Below are positions 26,979-35,538 of a DNA stretch of 64,000 nt, one piece after another. Under the pieces are notes generated by a model. That model was not told where the DNA came from and ran no database searches. It saw only the letters and a program-made list of their open reading frames with translations. Source of the stretch: Micropruina sp. (GTDB lineage: Bacteria; Actinomycetota; Actinomycetes; Propionibacteriales; Propionibacteriaceae). The position numbers were made by a program, and so were the translations under genes. How positions within the stretch are numbered: the first letter of the stretch is position 1; every line of letters starts with the position of its first letter. Where the stretch lies: contig NZ_JASGID010000007.1 in assembly GCF_047602085.1 (NCBI RefSeq), forward strand, positions 397,388 through 461,387, read 5' to 3'.

Positions 26979-29900
26979 CAGCGCACCTCATGATCGGTCA
27001 GCGGCTGCCAGATCAGCCGGGCGGCGGCGCAGGCCAGCACGGTCTCGCCGGGTTGGTCGAGATCGTCGGAGCCGATGCCGACGCTCAACAAGTCGTCGAC
27101 GGTGGGGTAGAACATCGGCCACGTCTCGTCGCCCCAGGTGCGGTATGCCTTGCCGAGGTCGGTCAGCTCACCGAACGGGTCCTTGCCGTCGGCGAGCAGT
27201 TCGGCCAGTCGGGCGCCGAACTGGGCCGGAACCGGGAGCGGGGTGTCCAGGCCCAGCCGGTACAACCGCACCCAACGATCGAGCAACACCCGGGCCATTT
27301 CGGGTTCGGGGCCTCGCAGCCGCAATGTCCAGCTTCTGGCCACGACCGCCGCCCGCCACGACTGCCCGGTGGCGGCGGTCAGGGCGATCAGCCGCAGCCA
27401 ACTGCCCAGCCGATGCTTGGCACTCAGCTTGGAATAGGTGGCGTCGACGATCACATCCTGTTGCGTCGATACCCGCCCGGTCAGCCGGACGGGGCCGCAG
27501 TCGATGACCAGGTCGTGGTGCACGACGGGGACGCCCGCCGGAACCGGCAGGTTGCCCATGATTCGGCCAACGGTCGTGGCGATGCCCGCGAGCAGGCGAT
27601 TGCCGAGTTCACCGGGCGGTACCTGGCCACGCAGCCATTCGGCCCGCACGGCGTCGTCGCGGCTGTGGCCCTCGCGGGCGAGGCGGAGCATCCGGTCGCC
27701 GACCGCCCACTGCGCCAAGCCGTCCAGTTCGATCGGCACCTCTTCGCCTGGTTCCTCCGGCTCGCCGAGACTCAGATCGCAGCGGACCCGCAGATAATGC
27801 CTCACCGGGTCGGAGGCTAGGGCGATCAGGTCGTCGAGGGTCACCTCGGTAAGCGGGCCGGCCGGGGGGAGGACGGTGTCGGTGCGTACCTCCCGGCGCG
27901 GGCCGAGCAGGGCGCGCGCGCCGCGCAAGCCTGACGGGTCGTAGCTGACCGGTTCGGCCCCGCCTGCCCCGAACAGGTGCGGACTGAACGGCTGCAGCGG
28001 ATGCTGGCGTGGCATCACCCCGCCCTCGGCGAGCACGTCAAGCAGGTCGGCGAGCGCGGCCGGCGGCGGCACCTTCTCGTTGCTCAGCGCCGAGCGACCC
28101 TGATGCACCACGACCAGGGCCTGTCGAGCTGCGCCCACGGCGTCGGCCAGTGCCTGACGGTCTTCTGCGACCGGATCGGGCTCACCAGGCCGGGGCTCGC
28201 GCAGCATGAGATCGTCGCCGTCACGCTCACCACGGGCGGGGAAGACCCCGTCGTCGAGGCCGATCAGGCAGATCACGCGGTAGGGCACGCCACGCAGGGA
28301 GCGCAGCGAACAGACAGTGAGGGCACCGTTGCCGAAGGTTGAACGGGCTGAGCCCCGCTCGAACTCGTCGACGGCCAGTGCGTTCAGGTCGGCCAGGCTC
28401 AGCACGGCATCCCCGGCGCCGCGTTCGGCGAGTTCGGCCAGCCGGGCCTGGGCGTCGGTGCGCTGCCAGGCGGTGTCACCCTTGGTCAGGGTGAAGTCGT
28501 CCACGGCCTGTTGCAGCCGTTGCACCCAGCCGGCGAGGGTGGTCGGGGCGGCTGACGCGGCGGCGAACAGCCCGAGCCGGGCGAGCAGTTCGGCCAGGCC
28601 GCCCAGGCCGTCCAGGTCGCGATCCTCGACGTCGTGCAGCGGCAGGGTGGTGCCGACCACCGGGAGCCGGTCCTCACTGAGTGCGACCCCGAGCAGCATG
28701 CGTTGCAGGCCGGCCATCCAGGTGTTCTGCCGCAGGCTGCCCAGCCCGTAGCGCTGGCGGTGCTGTGCCGACAGCCCCCAGCGCACCCCGGACTCGATTG
28801 CCAACTGGCCGAGCCGCTTAAGGGTGTCTGGATCGAATCCGAAGCGAGCGGCCACCGCTGGCTGGCCGCACAGGTCGAGCACCTCGGCGGCGGTGGCGCG
28901 CGATTCGACCAGGCCCAGCAGCCGGACGATGATGCCGAGCAGCGGGTTGGTGTCGGCCGAACTGCGGTCGGCCACCTGCACCCGGAAGTCGTTGGCGGGG
29001 TGCCGTCCGGGCACCTCGGACGGCAGCCGGAAGGCTGCGGTGACCAGCGGCGCCGCAGCAGCCAGGTTGGCGCACCCGACCACGATGTGTCGGGGTTCGA
29101 GGCTGCGATCGGAGGCCAGCAGCCCGGTGATGGCGTCGCGCAGAATCTCGACCTGTCGCTCCAGCCCGTGGCCGGCGTGCACCTGAACGCTGCCGTCCGG
29201 TGCCGGCGGGGGCTCCTGCCGTCCGGTCAGGCGGGATTGCAGCCAGCCCAGCGTGCCGGGCGGTTGAACGGTTCCGGCCAGCAGTTCGTCGCGGGCCAGG
29301 GGCAGCAGGCCGCGCTGCGCGCCGCACTCAAAGGCACTCAGCCGAGCGGCTGGGTCGTCGGGCAGCGGCGCCGGCCAGGACGCGGCGGTCACCTGCCGCA
29401 GCGACACGTGGACGTCGCGGTGCTCGGCGAGCGCTGACAGGATCTGCACCCACCATGGCGATAGTGGGTCGGGTTGCACGAACGACACCGACCCGGGCAG
29501 CGCAAGCCGTTGCGGCCGTTGGCGCAGGTCGGTCAGGAAGGCGTCACGTTCGGCCAGCGGGTCCGCCTCGGCGGCGAGCAGCCGCCACAACACCGGCTGC
29601 CAACCGTCGACGCCCAGCGGCCGGCCCTGTTCGTCGCAGTCGTCACCGGCGCGCCACCGGGCGATCAGGTCGGGCCGCCACTCCAGGTACCGTTCGAACA
29701 GCCGGGCGATCCGGCGAGCGACCCGGTACCCATCGCGGGAGTTGCCCAGATGCCGCCGCAACTGGGCCAACTCAGCAACGTCGGACCGGGTTTCGATCAC
29801 GGCCAGCAGCCGCCAGGTCAGGTGGCGGGCGCGCCAGAGCGCGAGCGGTTCGCCCAGATCGCGCAGCAGGCGTGCGGGGGTGACGAAATCGACGCCGGCG

Positions 29901-30088
29901 CAGATGCCTTCACCGGGGCTTCCCAGACGGTGGGCCAACTCGTTGGTGAGCCAGCGGCGCAGGTGCGCGTGTGGCGTTACCACCAGGTCGGTGGCGAACG
30001 GGTCGGTGCGGACGCCACCCAGCCGCGACGCCAGTTCGGCGGCCAGGGCGGAGGCGTCGTCGCTGCGATGAAGAATCAGTCCGGTCAT
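26978..30088 (-). CDS. recC: Exodeoxyribonuclease V gamma subunit
   Basis: DPFATDLVV, WLTNELA, VQVHAGHG.ERQVEILRD, RGVPYRVICLIGLDDGVFP, QHPLQPFS; coupled to recB. Confidence 0.93.
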   Translation of the reverse strand: MTGLILHRSDDASALAAELASRLGGVRTDPFATDLVVTPHAHLRRWLTNELAHRLGSPGEGICAGVDFVTPARLLRDLGEPLALWRARHLTWRLLAVIETRSDVAELAQLRRHLGNSRDGYRVARRIARLFERYLEWRPDLIARWRAGDDCDEQGRPLGVDGWQPVLWRLLAAEADPLAERDAFLTDLRQRPQRLALPGSVSFVQPDPLSPWWVQILSALAEHRDVHVSLRQVTAASWPAPLPDDPAARLSAFECGAQRGLLPLARDELLAGTVQPPGTLGWLQSRLTGRQEPPPAPDGSVQVHAGHGLERQVEILRDAITGLLASDRSLEPRHIVVGCANLAAAAPLVTAAFRLPSEVPGRHPANDFRVQVADRSSADTNPLLGIIVRLLGLVESRATAAEVLDLCGQPAVAARFGFDPDTLKRLGQLAIESGVRWGLSAQHRQRYGLGSLRQNTWMAGLQRMLLGVALSEDRLPVVGTTLPLHDVEDRDLDGLGGLAELLARLGLFAAASAAPTTLAGWVQRLQQAVDDFTLTKGDTAWQRTDAQARLAELAERGAGDAVLSLADLNALAVDEFERGSARSTFGNGALTVCSLRSLRGVPYRVICLIGLDDGVFPARGERDGDDLMLREPRPGEPDPVAEDRQALADAVGAARQALVVVHQGRSALSNEKVPPPAALADLLDVLAEGGVMPRQHPLQPFSPHLFGAGGAEPVSYDPSGLRGARALLGPRREVRTDTVLPPAGPLTEVTLDDLIALASDPVRHYLRVRCDLSLGEPEEPGEEVPIELDGLAQWAVGDRMLRLAREGHSRDDAVRAEWLRGQVPPGELGNRLLAGIATTVGRIMGNLPVPAGVPVVHHDLVIDCGPVRLTGRVSTQQDVIVDATYSKLSAKHRLGSWLRLIALTAATGQSWRAAVVARSWTLRLRGPEPEMARVLLDRWVRLYRLGLDTPLPVPAQFGARLAELLADGKDPFGELTDLGKAYRTWGDETWPMFYPTVDDLLSVGIGSDDLDQPGETVLACAAARLIWQPLTDHEVR

Positions 30089-30098
30089 GCTGGGCAAC

Positions 30099-30120
30099 AC
30101 CCTAGGGGGCTGCTCCGACA
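30099..30120 (-). promoter_or_regulatory. PafBC-type promoter of recCBD, perfect match
   Basis: TGTCGG (30120-30115)-N10-TAGGGT (30104-30099); ATG 10 nt downstream. Confidence 0.7.
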
Positions 30121-30135
30121 GTTTTCGTCGAGCCT

Positions 30136-30393
30136 TCAGCGCGCCCGCAGTGCGTCGATCAACAAGACTCCGAAACCGGCCACGACGACGCCGCTACTGA
30201 AGGCGGCGTTGCCCGACATGACGAGGGCGAGGATGCCGGCGATCACCAGCGCGACACCGATCAGCCCGACCACCGAAACGCGGATGCCGCCGGGGCCGCG
30301 CCAGGCGGTCGCGCGCGCGAATGGAGACGACCCGGGCGTCGCCTCGTCGCTGGCATGGGCAGGGCCGGCATCGGTGTTCGACGGTTGTTCCAT
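30136..30393 (-). CDS. Small membrane protein (2 TM)
   Basis: 85 aa with two hydrophobic segments; SD-like GAGG upstream. Confidence 0.65.
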   Translation of the reverse strand: MEQPSNTDAGPAHASDEATPGSSPFARATAWRGPGGIRVSVVGLIGVALVIAGILALVMSGNAAFSSGVVVAGFGVLLIDALRAR

Positions 30394-30445
30394 GGTGATC
30401 CCTCGGGAGGTCGGCTTGCGTCCGCATGATAGTGAATCCCAGAAG

Positions 30446-30551
30446 CGGCCGGGGGTCTCGACAGGCTCGACCAGCGGGTATCGGCCGGGGGTTTCGACGG
30501 GCTCGACCAGCGGGTATCGGCCGGGGGTTTCGACGGGCTCGACCAGCGGGT
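30446..30551. repeat. Tandem REP array, 3 x 36 bp
   Basis: CGGCCGGGGGT(C/T)TCGAC(A/G)GGCTCGACCAGCGGGTAT starting at 30446, 30482 and 30518. Confidence 0.92.
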
Positions 30552-30617
30552 GCCGAACGGGTTTGATCAGGCTCGGCCGGCGAGCGGCACCGGCTTGCCC
30601 CGCGGCGGTTCACCGAG

Positions 30618-30639
30618 TGTCCGGGCCGGGTTCTACAGT
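30618..30639 (+). promoter_or_regulatory. PafBC-type promoter of uvrD2, one mismatch
   Basis: TGTCCG-N10-TACAGT; in-frame GTG 30647 lies 7 nt downstream. Confidence 0.62.
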
Positions 30640-30646
30640 GATGGGC

Positions 30647-32788
30647 GTGCCGGAACCCGACGATCTGCTGGCCGCCCTCGACCCCGAGCAGCGGGCCGTG
30701 GCGACCACGTTCGGGGTGCCCGTCTGCGTCATCGCGGGGGCTGGCACGGGCAAGACCCGGGCGATCACCCACCGGATCGCCTACGGGTGCGCGATCGGCG
30801 CCTACGACCCCCTGGGCGTGCTGGCGGTCACCTTCACCACCCGCGCGGCCGGCGAGCTGCGCGGACGGCTGCGCGACCTGGGCCAACCCCGGGTGCAGGC
30901 CCGTACCTTTCACTCCGCGGCGTTGCGCCAGGCCCAGTACTTCTGGCCGGCGGCGATGGGCAGCGAGTTGCCCCGGGTGAGCGACCAGCGGGCCGGTTTG
31001 ATGGCCGAGGCGGCCGGACGGCAACTCGACCGGCGGGTCGAGTCGGGCACCCTGCGCGACCTGCTCACCGAGATCAGTTGGGCCAAGGTGAGCAATGTGC
31101 CGCCGGCTGACTACGCCGAACTGGCCATCGCCGGCGGGCGCGAGGTGGCCGCGGTCGACCCCACCGGGGTGGGTCGCGTCTACGACCGCTACGAACGCCT
31201 CAAGGTCGACCGCGGAGTGATCGACTTCGACGACGTGTTGTTGTGCACGGTGGCGCTGCTGTCCGATCACGAGGACGTGCGAGCGCAGGTGCGTCGCGCC
31301 TACCGGCACCTAGTGGTCGACGAGTATCAGGACGTCAGCCCGCTGCAGCAGAAGCTGCTGGAGCTGTGGCTGGGCGAGCGCTTTGACCTGTGCGTGGTCG
31401 GCGACCCCGCGCAGACGATTCATTCCTTCGCCGGCGCCCGCTCCAGCTATCTCACTCGGTTCGCGGTGCGTCACCCGAACGCCGAGGTGATCCGTCTGGT
31501 GCGCGACTACCGGTCGACCAACCAGGTCGTCGAGGTGGCCAACCAGGTGCTGCGAGCCCAAGGCCCGGCCCAGGGCGTCCGACTGGTGGCTCAAGGCGGC
31601 GACGGCCCGCCGCCGTTGTTCCGGCAGGCCGAGTCCGAGGTTGAGGAGGCGGCACTGGTGGCCGCCTGGTTGGCGGGGCTGATTCGCGACGGCGTGCCGG
31701 CGGCCGAATTGGCCGTGCTGTACCGCATTCACGCCCAGTCTCCGGCCTATGAGGCGGCTTTGTCGTCGGCGCGGGTGCCGTTCGCGCTGCGCAGTTCGGA
31801 GGGCTTCTTTCAGCGACAGGAGGTGCGCACCGCGCTGCAGGCGCTGCGGGGTCAGGCGGCGGCGCGGACCGACGACGACCTGGTCACCGTGGTCCGCGGC
31901 GTGCTGGCCGGCACCGGTTGGACCGCGGACCCCCCGTCGGGCCAGGGCCAGGCCCGCGAGCGCTGGGAGTCGCTGGCGGCGCTGTTCAGCCTCGCCGAGG
32001 ACTTCGTCGACCAGCACCCCGTCGCCGGCCTGGCCGACCTGCTGGCCGAACTCGACGAACGCGCCCGCGCCGAGCATGCCCCGCCCGGAGCCGGGGTGAC
32101 CCTGTCGACCCTGCATGCCGCCAAGGGCCTGGAGTGGACGGGTGTGGCGTTGGTCGGCCTGCAGGAGGGCACCCTGCCGTTCGCCCTGGCCCAATCGCCC
32201 GACCAGCTCGCTGAGGAGCGGCGACTGCTCTACGTCGGCATCACCCGAGCCCGGCGTCACCTGTGGTTCTCGTGGGCGCCGACCCGCGGCGGTGGCGGCG
32301 TCCGGCGCAAGCCGTCGCGGTTCCTGGACGGCATCCGGCCCGAGGCCAAGCCGGGCAGGCCGGCCCGCGCGGCCGGTCCGAAGGCTAGGGGCCGGAAGGG
32401 CCTGAGCTGCCGGGTCTGCGGCCGTCCGCTGGCTCCGGGTGCCGATTTGAAGCTCGGACGGCATGCCGACTGCCCCTCCAGCTACGACGAGAACACGTGG
32501 GCACTGCTGTGCGAATGGCGGCGGCAGGAGGCAGCCGAGGCCAACCTGCCCGCCTTCTGCATCTTCACAGACGCCACCCTGATGGCCATCGCCGAGGCCC
32601 GCCCAGTCGACGAACGGCAACTGTTGGCCATCGCCGGCGTGGGCCGTCGCAAGGCCGACCAGTACGCCGATGCGGTGTTCGCGATTCTGAGCAACGACTC
32701 AGTCGTGCCAGCCGGGCAAGAACTCGGCGAGCACGTCGCGAAACCGGGCCGTGACGTCCAGCTGGGCCAGCACAGCGATTCCGCCTAG
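30647..32788 (+). CDS. uvrD2: ATP-dependent DNA helicase UvrD2 with HRDC domain
   Basis: AGAGTGKTRAITHRIAY, VVDEYQDVS, VGDPAQTIHSF, STLHAAKGLEW, CRVCG...RHADCP motif, HRDC (PAFCIFTDATL..IA). Confidence 0.94.
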   Translation: MPEPDDLLAALDPEQRAVATTFGVPVCVIAGAGTGKTRAITHRIAYGCAIGAYDPLGVLAVTFTTRAAGELRGRLRDLGQPRVQARTFHSAALRQAQYFWPAAMGSELPRVSDQRAGLMAEAAGRQLDRRVESGTLRDLLTEISWAKVSNVPPADYAELAIAGGREVAAVDPTGVGRVYDRYERLKVDRGVIDFDDVLLCTVALLSDHEDVRAQVRRAYRHLVVDEYQDVSPLQQKLLELWLGERFDLCVVGDPAQTIHSFAGARSSYLTRFAVRHPNAEVIRLVRDYRSTNQVVEVANQVLRAQGPAQGVRLVAQGGDGPPPLFRQAESEVEEAALVAAWLAGLIRDGVPAAELAVLYRIHAQSPAYEAALSSARVPFALRSSEGFFQRQEVRTALQALRGQAAARTDDDLVTVVRGVLAGTGWTADPPSGQGQARERWESLAALFSLAEDFVDQHPVAGLADLLAELDERARAEHAPPGAGVTLSTLHAAKGLEWTGVALVGLQEGTLPFALAQSPDQLAEERRLLYVGITRARRHLWFSWAPTRGGGGVRRKPSRFLDGIRPEAKPGRPARAAGPKARGRKGLSCRVCGRPLAPGADLKLGRHADCPSSYDENTWALLCEWRRQEAAEANLPAFCIFTDATLMAIAEARPVDERQLLAIAGVGRRKADQYADAVFAILSNDSVVPAGQELGEHVAKPGRDVQLGQHSDSA

Positions 32789-34027
32789 CCAAACCCGGTG
32801 AATCAGGGCGTACACCGGCGGAATGGTGAGTTTCATGCTCACCCCGTCGCGGGTTGAACTGTTGCGCACGTGCAGAAACTGCTCACGCATCCATGCCCGG
32901 TCGAAGTGAAACTCCTCCGAGCGGGCCGGCTCGACGAACGGGGCCAGGTAGCCGAGCAGTTCGCCTGCGTCGATGTCCTTGGCGATGAAGCCCTCGGCGG
33001 CCAGGCCGGCGGTCATGGCGGACGCGTCGTCGGCGATCGCCAGTTGAATCAGCCGCCCCATCGCCGGGGGCAGCCCGTCCGGCAACCGGGCGACCAGGCC
33101 GAAGTCGACCACGCCGAGCCGTCCGTCGGGCAACACCAGGTAGTTGCCCGGGTGCGGGTCGGCGTGCAGCAAGCCGGCTCGGGCCGGTCCGGCGAAAAGA
33201 AAGCGCGCGTACGACAGCCCGACCCGGTTGCGGACGGCCCGTGGCGAGTCGGCGGCCGTGCTCAGCTTGCGGCCGTCCAGCCAGTCGCTGATCAACACCC
33301 GCGAAGTGGCGTGGTGTACCTGTGGCACCGTGAACTCGGGGTCACCGGCGAAGGCCGCGGCGGCCTGGCTCTGGTGCTGCGCCTCCAGGGTGTAGTCGAC
33401 CTCTTCGGAGATGCGGGCAGCCAGCTCGCGGCTGATCGTCACCACGTCGACGCCACCGGCCAGCGGCGCCACCACGCCCGCGAGTCGTTCGATCTGCCGC
33501 AGGTCGGAGCGCAGCGCCTGGTCGGCCCCGGGGTATTGCACCTTGATCGCGACCGGACGGCCCCCGGTCAACACGGCGCGATGCACCTGCCCGATCGACG
33601 CCGCGGCCGCAGGACGCAGGTCGATCGACTCGAACCGGTCGCGCCAACCGGGGCCGAGTTCGTTGCGCAGCACCGTCTGCACCCGTGACGAGGGCAGCGG
33701 GGGAGCAGAATCCTGCAACTTGGCCAATTGATGCCGGTAGGGTGCGGCGACCTCTTCGGGCAGGAACGCCTCGAACATGCTCAGCGCCTGGCCGAACTTC
33801 ATCGCTCCGCCCTTGAGTTCGCCGAGCACGCTGAACAGTTGTTCGGCGGCCGCGCCGCGTAGTTCGCGTTCGACCTGGTCGGCGTCCGCGCCCAAGAGCC
33901 GGCGGCTCAACCCGACTGCCTGCCGTTGCGCAGCGCCCAGCGGCAACTGCAGCATCCGTGAGGCCCGGGCGAACGACGAGGTGGGCAGGCCGCCGCTCTG
34001 CCGTTCGGGGTCATCGGTGCCGGTCAC
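32699..34027 (-). CDS. ABC1/AarF/UbiB family atypical kinase (Rv3197-like)
   Basis: LKGGAMKFGQALS, AAASIGQVHRA, VAIKVQYPG, LHADPHPGNY, VVDFGLV. Confidence 0.92.
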   Translation of the reverse strand: MTGTDDPERQSGGLPTSSFARASRMLQLPLGAAQRQAVGLSRRLLGADADQVERELRGAAAEQLFSVLGELKGGAMKFGQALSMFEAFLPEEVAAPYRHQLAKLQDSAPPLPSSRVQTVLRNELGPGWRDRFESIDLRPAAAASIGQVHRAVLTGGRPVAIKVQYPGADQALRSDLRQIERLAGVVAPLAGGVDVVTISRELAARISEEVDYTLEAQHQSQAAAAFAGDPEFTVPQVHHATSRVLISDWLDGRKLSTAADSPRAVRNRVGLSYARFLFAGPARAGLLHADPHPGNYLVLPDGRLGVVDFGLVARLPDGLPPAMGRLIQLAIADDASAMTAGLAAEGFIAKDIDAGELLGYLAPFVEPARSEEFHFDRAWMREQFLHVRNSSTRDGVSMKLTIPPVYALIHRVWLGGIAVLAQLDVTARFRDVLAEFLPGWHD

Positions 34028-34078
34028 TGGCCCATTGTGCCAACCGCCGCCAGCGGCCCGGACGGGCGGGTTCGGTGG

Positions 34079-34969
34079 TCAGCCGTAGTCGAGACAGCCG
34101 CACGCCGGGTGGGCGCGCACCGGACGCACCCGCACGTGCCGGTCGGCGGTGAGTTCGAGGGCCGCGCCCAGGGAATCGGGGAGTGCTCCTTCAAGCCAGC
34201 CCAACGCGTGCAGCGCGCCGGTGCTGGCTGCCCAGGCCAGTTGCAGCCGCGGCGCCGCGGCCCGTTCTCGGCAGAGCTGGGCCAGCAGCCGAGGCCAGGC
34301 CGGGTCGGCCGCGGCACGGTTGAGATCTTCACACCGGTGGCACGGGGACCGTCCGGGAGCCACCAGCGGCCCGACCGTTGCCCCCAGATCACTGGCCCGC
34401 ACCACCAGGAACGGCTGCCCGTCGGTGACCAACTGGCTGAGTATGCTCCGGTCGGCCTCGGCCGCCTGGGCAGCGACCACCGTGATGCCGGCGCCGGCGG
34501 CCCGGTAGCCCCAGTGGCCGGCGTACTGCAGCCGGTCGGGGTAGCGGTTCTGCAGCCCCAGCACGGCTCGCGGGGTGCCGGACGCCCCGGGCCAGACCAG
34601 CCGCACCGGTGTGCTCATCTGCTGCAGCAGCAGTTCGGCGATCAGCGTGGCGAGTCGGCCCCGTCCGATCACCGCGACCGGCCCCGGGTCGGCAGCGGGG
34701 CGATGCAACAAATCGGAACGCTGCAGCAGACCCAGCAGCCGGTCGAGCCAGTGGTCGGCATGCTGGCCCCCGATGTGCAGCAACTCGTCCCTCGTGCGGG
34801 GCTTGACCAGGGCTTCGATCACGGGCTCCATGCCCGGTGCGGGCTGATCGATCAGCACGCCGCCGGGTGGTTCCAGGCCGAGCTGCAGCCGCTGGTCTGA
34901 TCGCCACAGCGTGACCAGTGGCGCGGACAGTTGCCAGCTCTCGTTGTGCACACCCGTCATGGTGGGCAT
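34079..34969 (-). CDS. TOMM/ThiF-like protein (Rv3196-like)
   Basis: WRSDQRLQLG, VGPLVAPGRSPCHRCED, C-terminal AHPACGC; conserved position next to the ABC1 kinase. Confidence 0.7.
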   Translation of the reverse strand: MPTMTGVHNESWQLSAPLVTLWRSDQRLQLGLEPPGGVLIDQPAPGMEPVIEALVKPRTRDELLHIGGQHADHWLDRLLGLLQRSDLLHRPAADPGPVAVIGRGRLATLIAELLLQQMSTPVRLVWPGASGTPRAVLGLQNRYPDRLQYAGHWGYRAAGAGITVVAAQAAEADRSILSQLVTDGQPFLVVRASDLGATVGPLVAPGRSPCHRCEDLNRAAADPAWPRLLAQLCRERAAAPRLQLAWAASTGALHALGWLEGALPDSLGAALELTADRHVRVRPVRAHPACGCLDYG

Positions 34970-34996
34970 CGGAGGGTGGCGACACGCCGAGCCGGG

Positions 34997-35033
34997 GTCA
35001 ACGGACAACACCTACGAGTCAATTGACAACACC
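34997..35033. promoter_or_regulatory. 16-bp direct repeat (21-bp period), candidate operator
   Basis: GTCAACGGACAACACC (34997-35012) vs GTCAATTGACAACACC (35018-35033). Confidence 0.4.
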
Positions 35034-35101
35034 CGAGGGATCGTCCGGACATGCCACGAGCGCCGCACCCGGCAATCGGGCGCGGCGCTCGTGGAAGAAG
35101 T

Positions 35102-35263
35102 TCAGGCCTTGGGCAGGAAGCGGGTCAGGTTCGTACCGCACGTGGGGCACTTGGCCTTGGCGATCCGGGTTCCCTTCGCGTTCACCGTCACGTCGCCGGT
35201 GGCGTCGCGGTGGTCCTTGCACTTCACGCAGTAGAACGAACCGCTGTAGGTCTCGTCGGCCAC
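35102..35263 (-). CDS. Small zinc-ribbon protein (DUF5679-like, 53 aa)
   Basis: GTG with strong SD AGGAGG; FYCVKCK...AKAKCPTCGTNLTRFL. Confidence 0.85.
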   Translation of the reverse strand: MADETYSGSFYCVKCKDHRDATGDVTVNAKGTRIAKAKCPTCGTNLTRFLPKA

Positions 35264-35397
35264 GTTATTTCCTCCTGTTGGATGGGTGCGCTGGGGCAAC
35301 CACAGCGCGCTTGCCGGTTCAGCATACGGCACGGGCGGCTGTGGACGGCCACCTTCGACGGTTGCGTTGGCCGAGGTGCCACACCTGGGAAGCAAAA

Positions 35398-35461
35398 CGA
35401 GGCCCTCGACCGGTTTCCGCTTGCCTTCCCCTGCGAGCGGCGCGTGCCTGAGGGCCTCGCC
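35398..35461 (-). ncRNA. Candidate small structured RNA or structured leader
   Basis: TTGACT-18-TACCGT promoter immediately followed by a perfect 10-bp closing stem CGAGGCCCTC/GAGGGCCTCG, an inner CCGCT/AGCGG stem, then TTTT. Confidence 0.35.
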
Positions 35462-35538
35462 GCCTAGACGGTAGTGGGGTCGCGACTGGGCAGTCAACAC
35501 GGGCGAACGTGTCAGTGCCCACGATTACGCTTCTGGGC

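Noticed and set aside
21641-30393. recCBD block as a mobile element
   Set aside because: No transposase, integrase, terminal repeats or obvious composition shift; flanking REPs occur throughout the window.
29474-30646. N-terminal extension making UvrD2 1104 aa
   Set aside because: It is antisense to recC and runs through the REP array; a promoter and GTG at 30634-30649 define the real start.
34079-35263. TOMM-like gene plus small Cys-containing ORF as a RiPP cluster
   Set aside because: No YcaO, dehydrogenase or transporter; the small ORF is a CxxC zinc ribbon; the gene order matches conserved housekeeping synteny.
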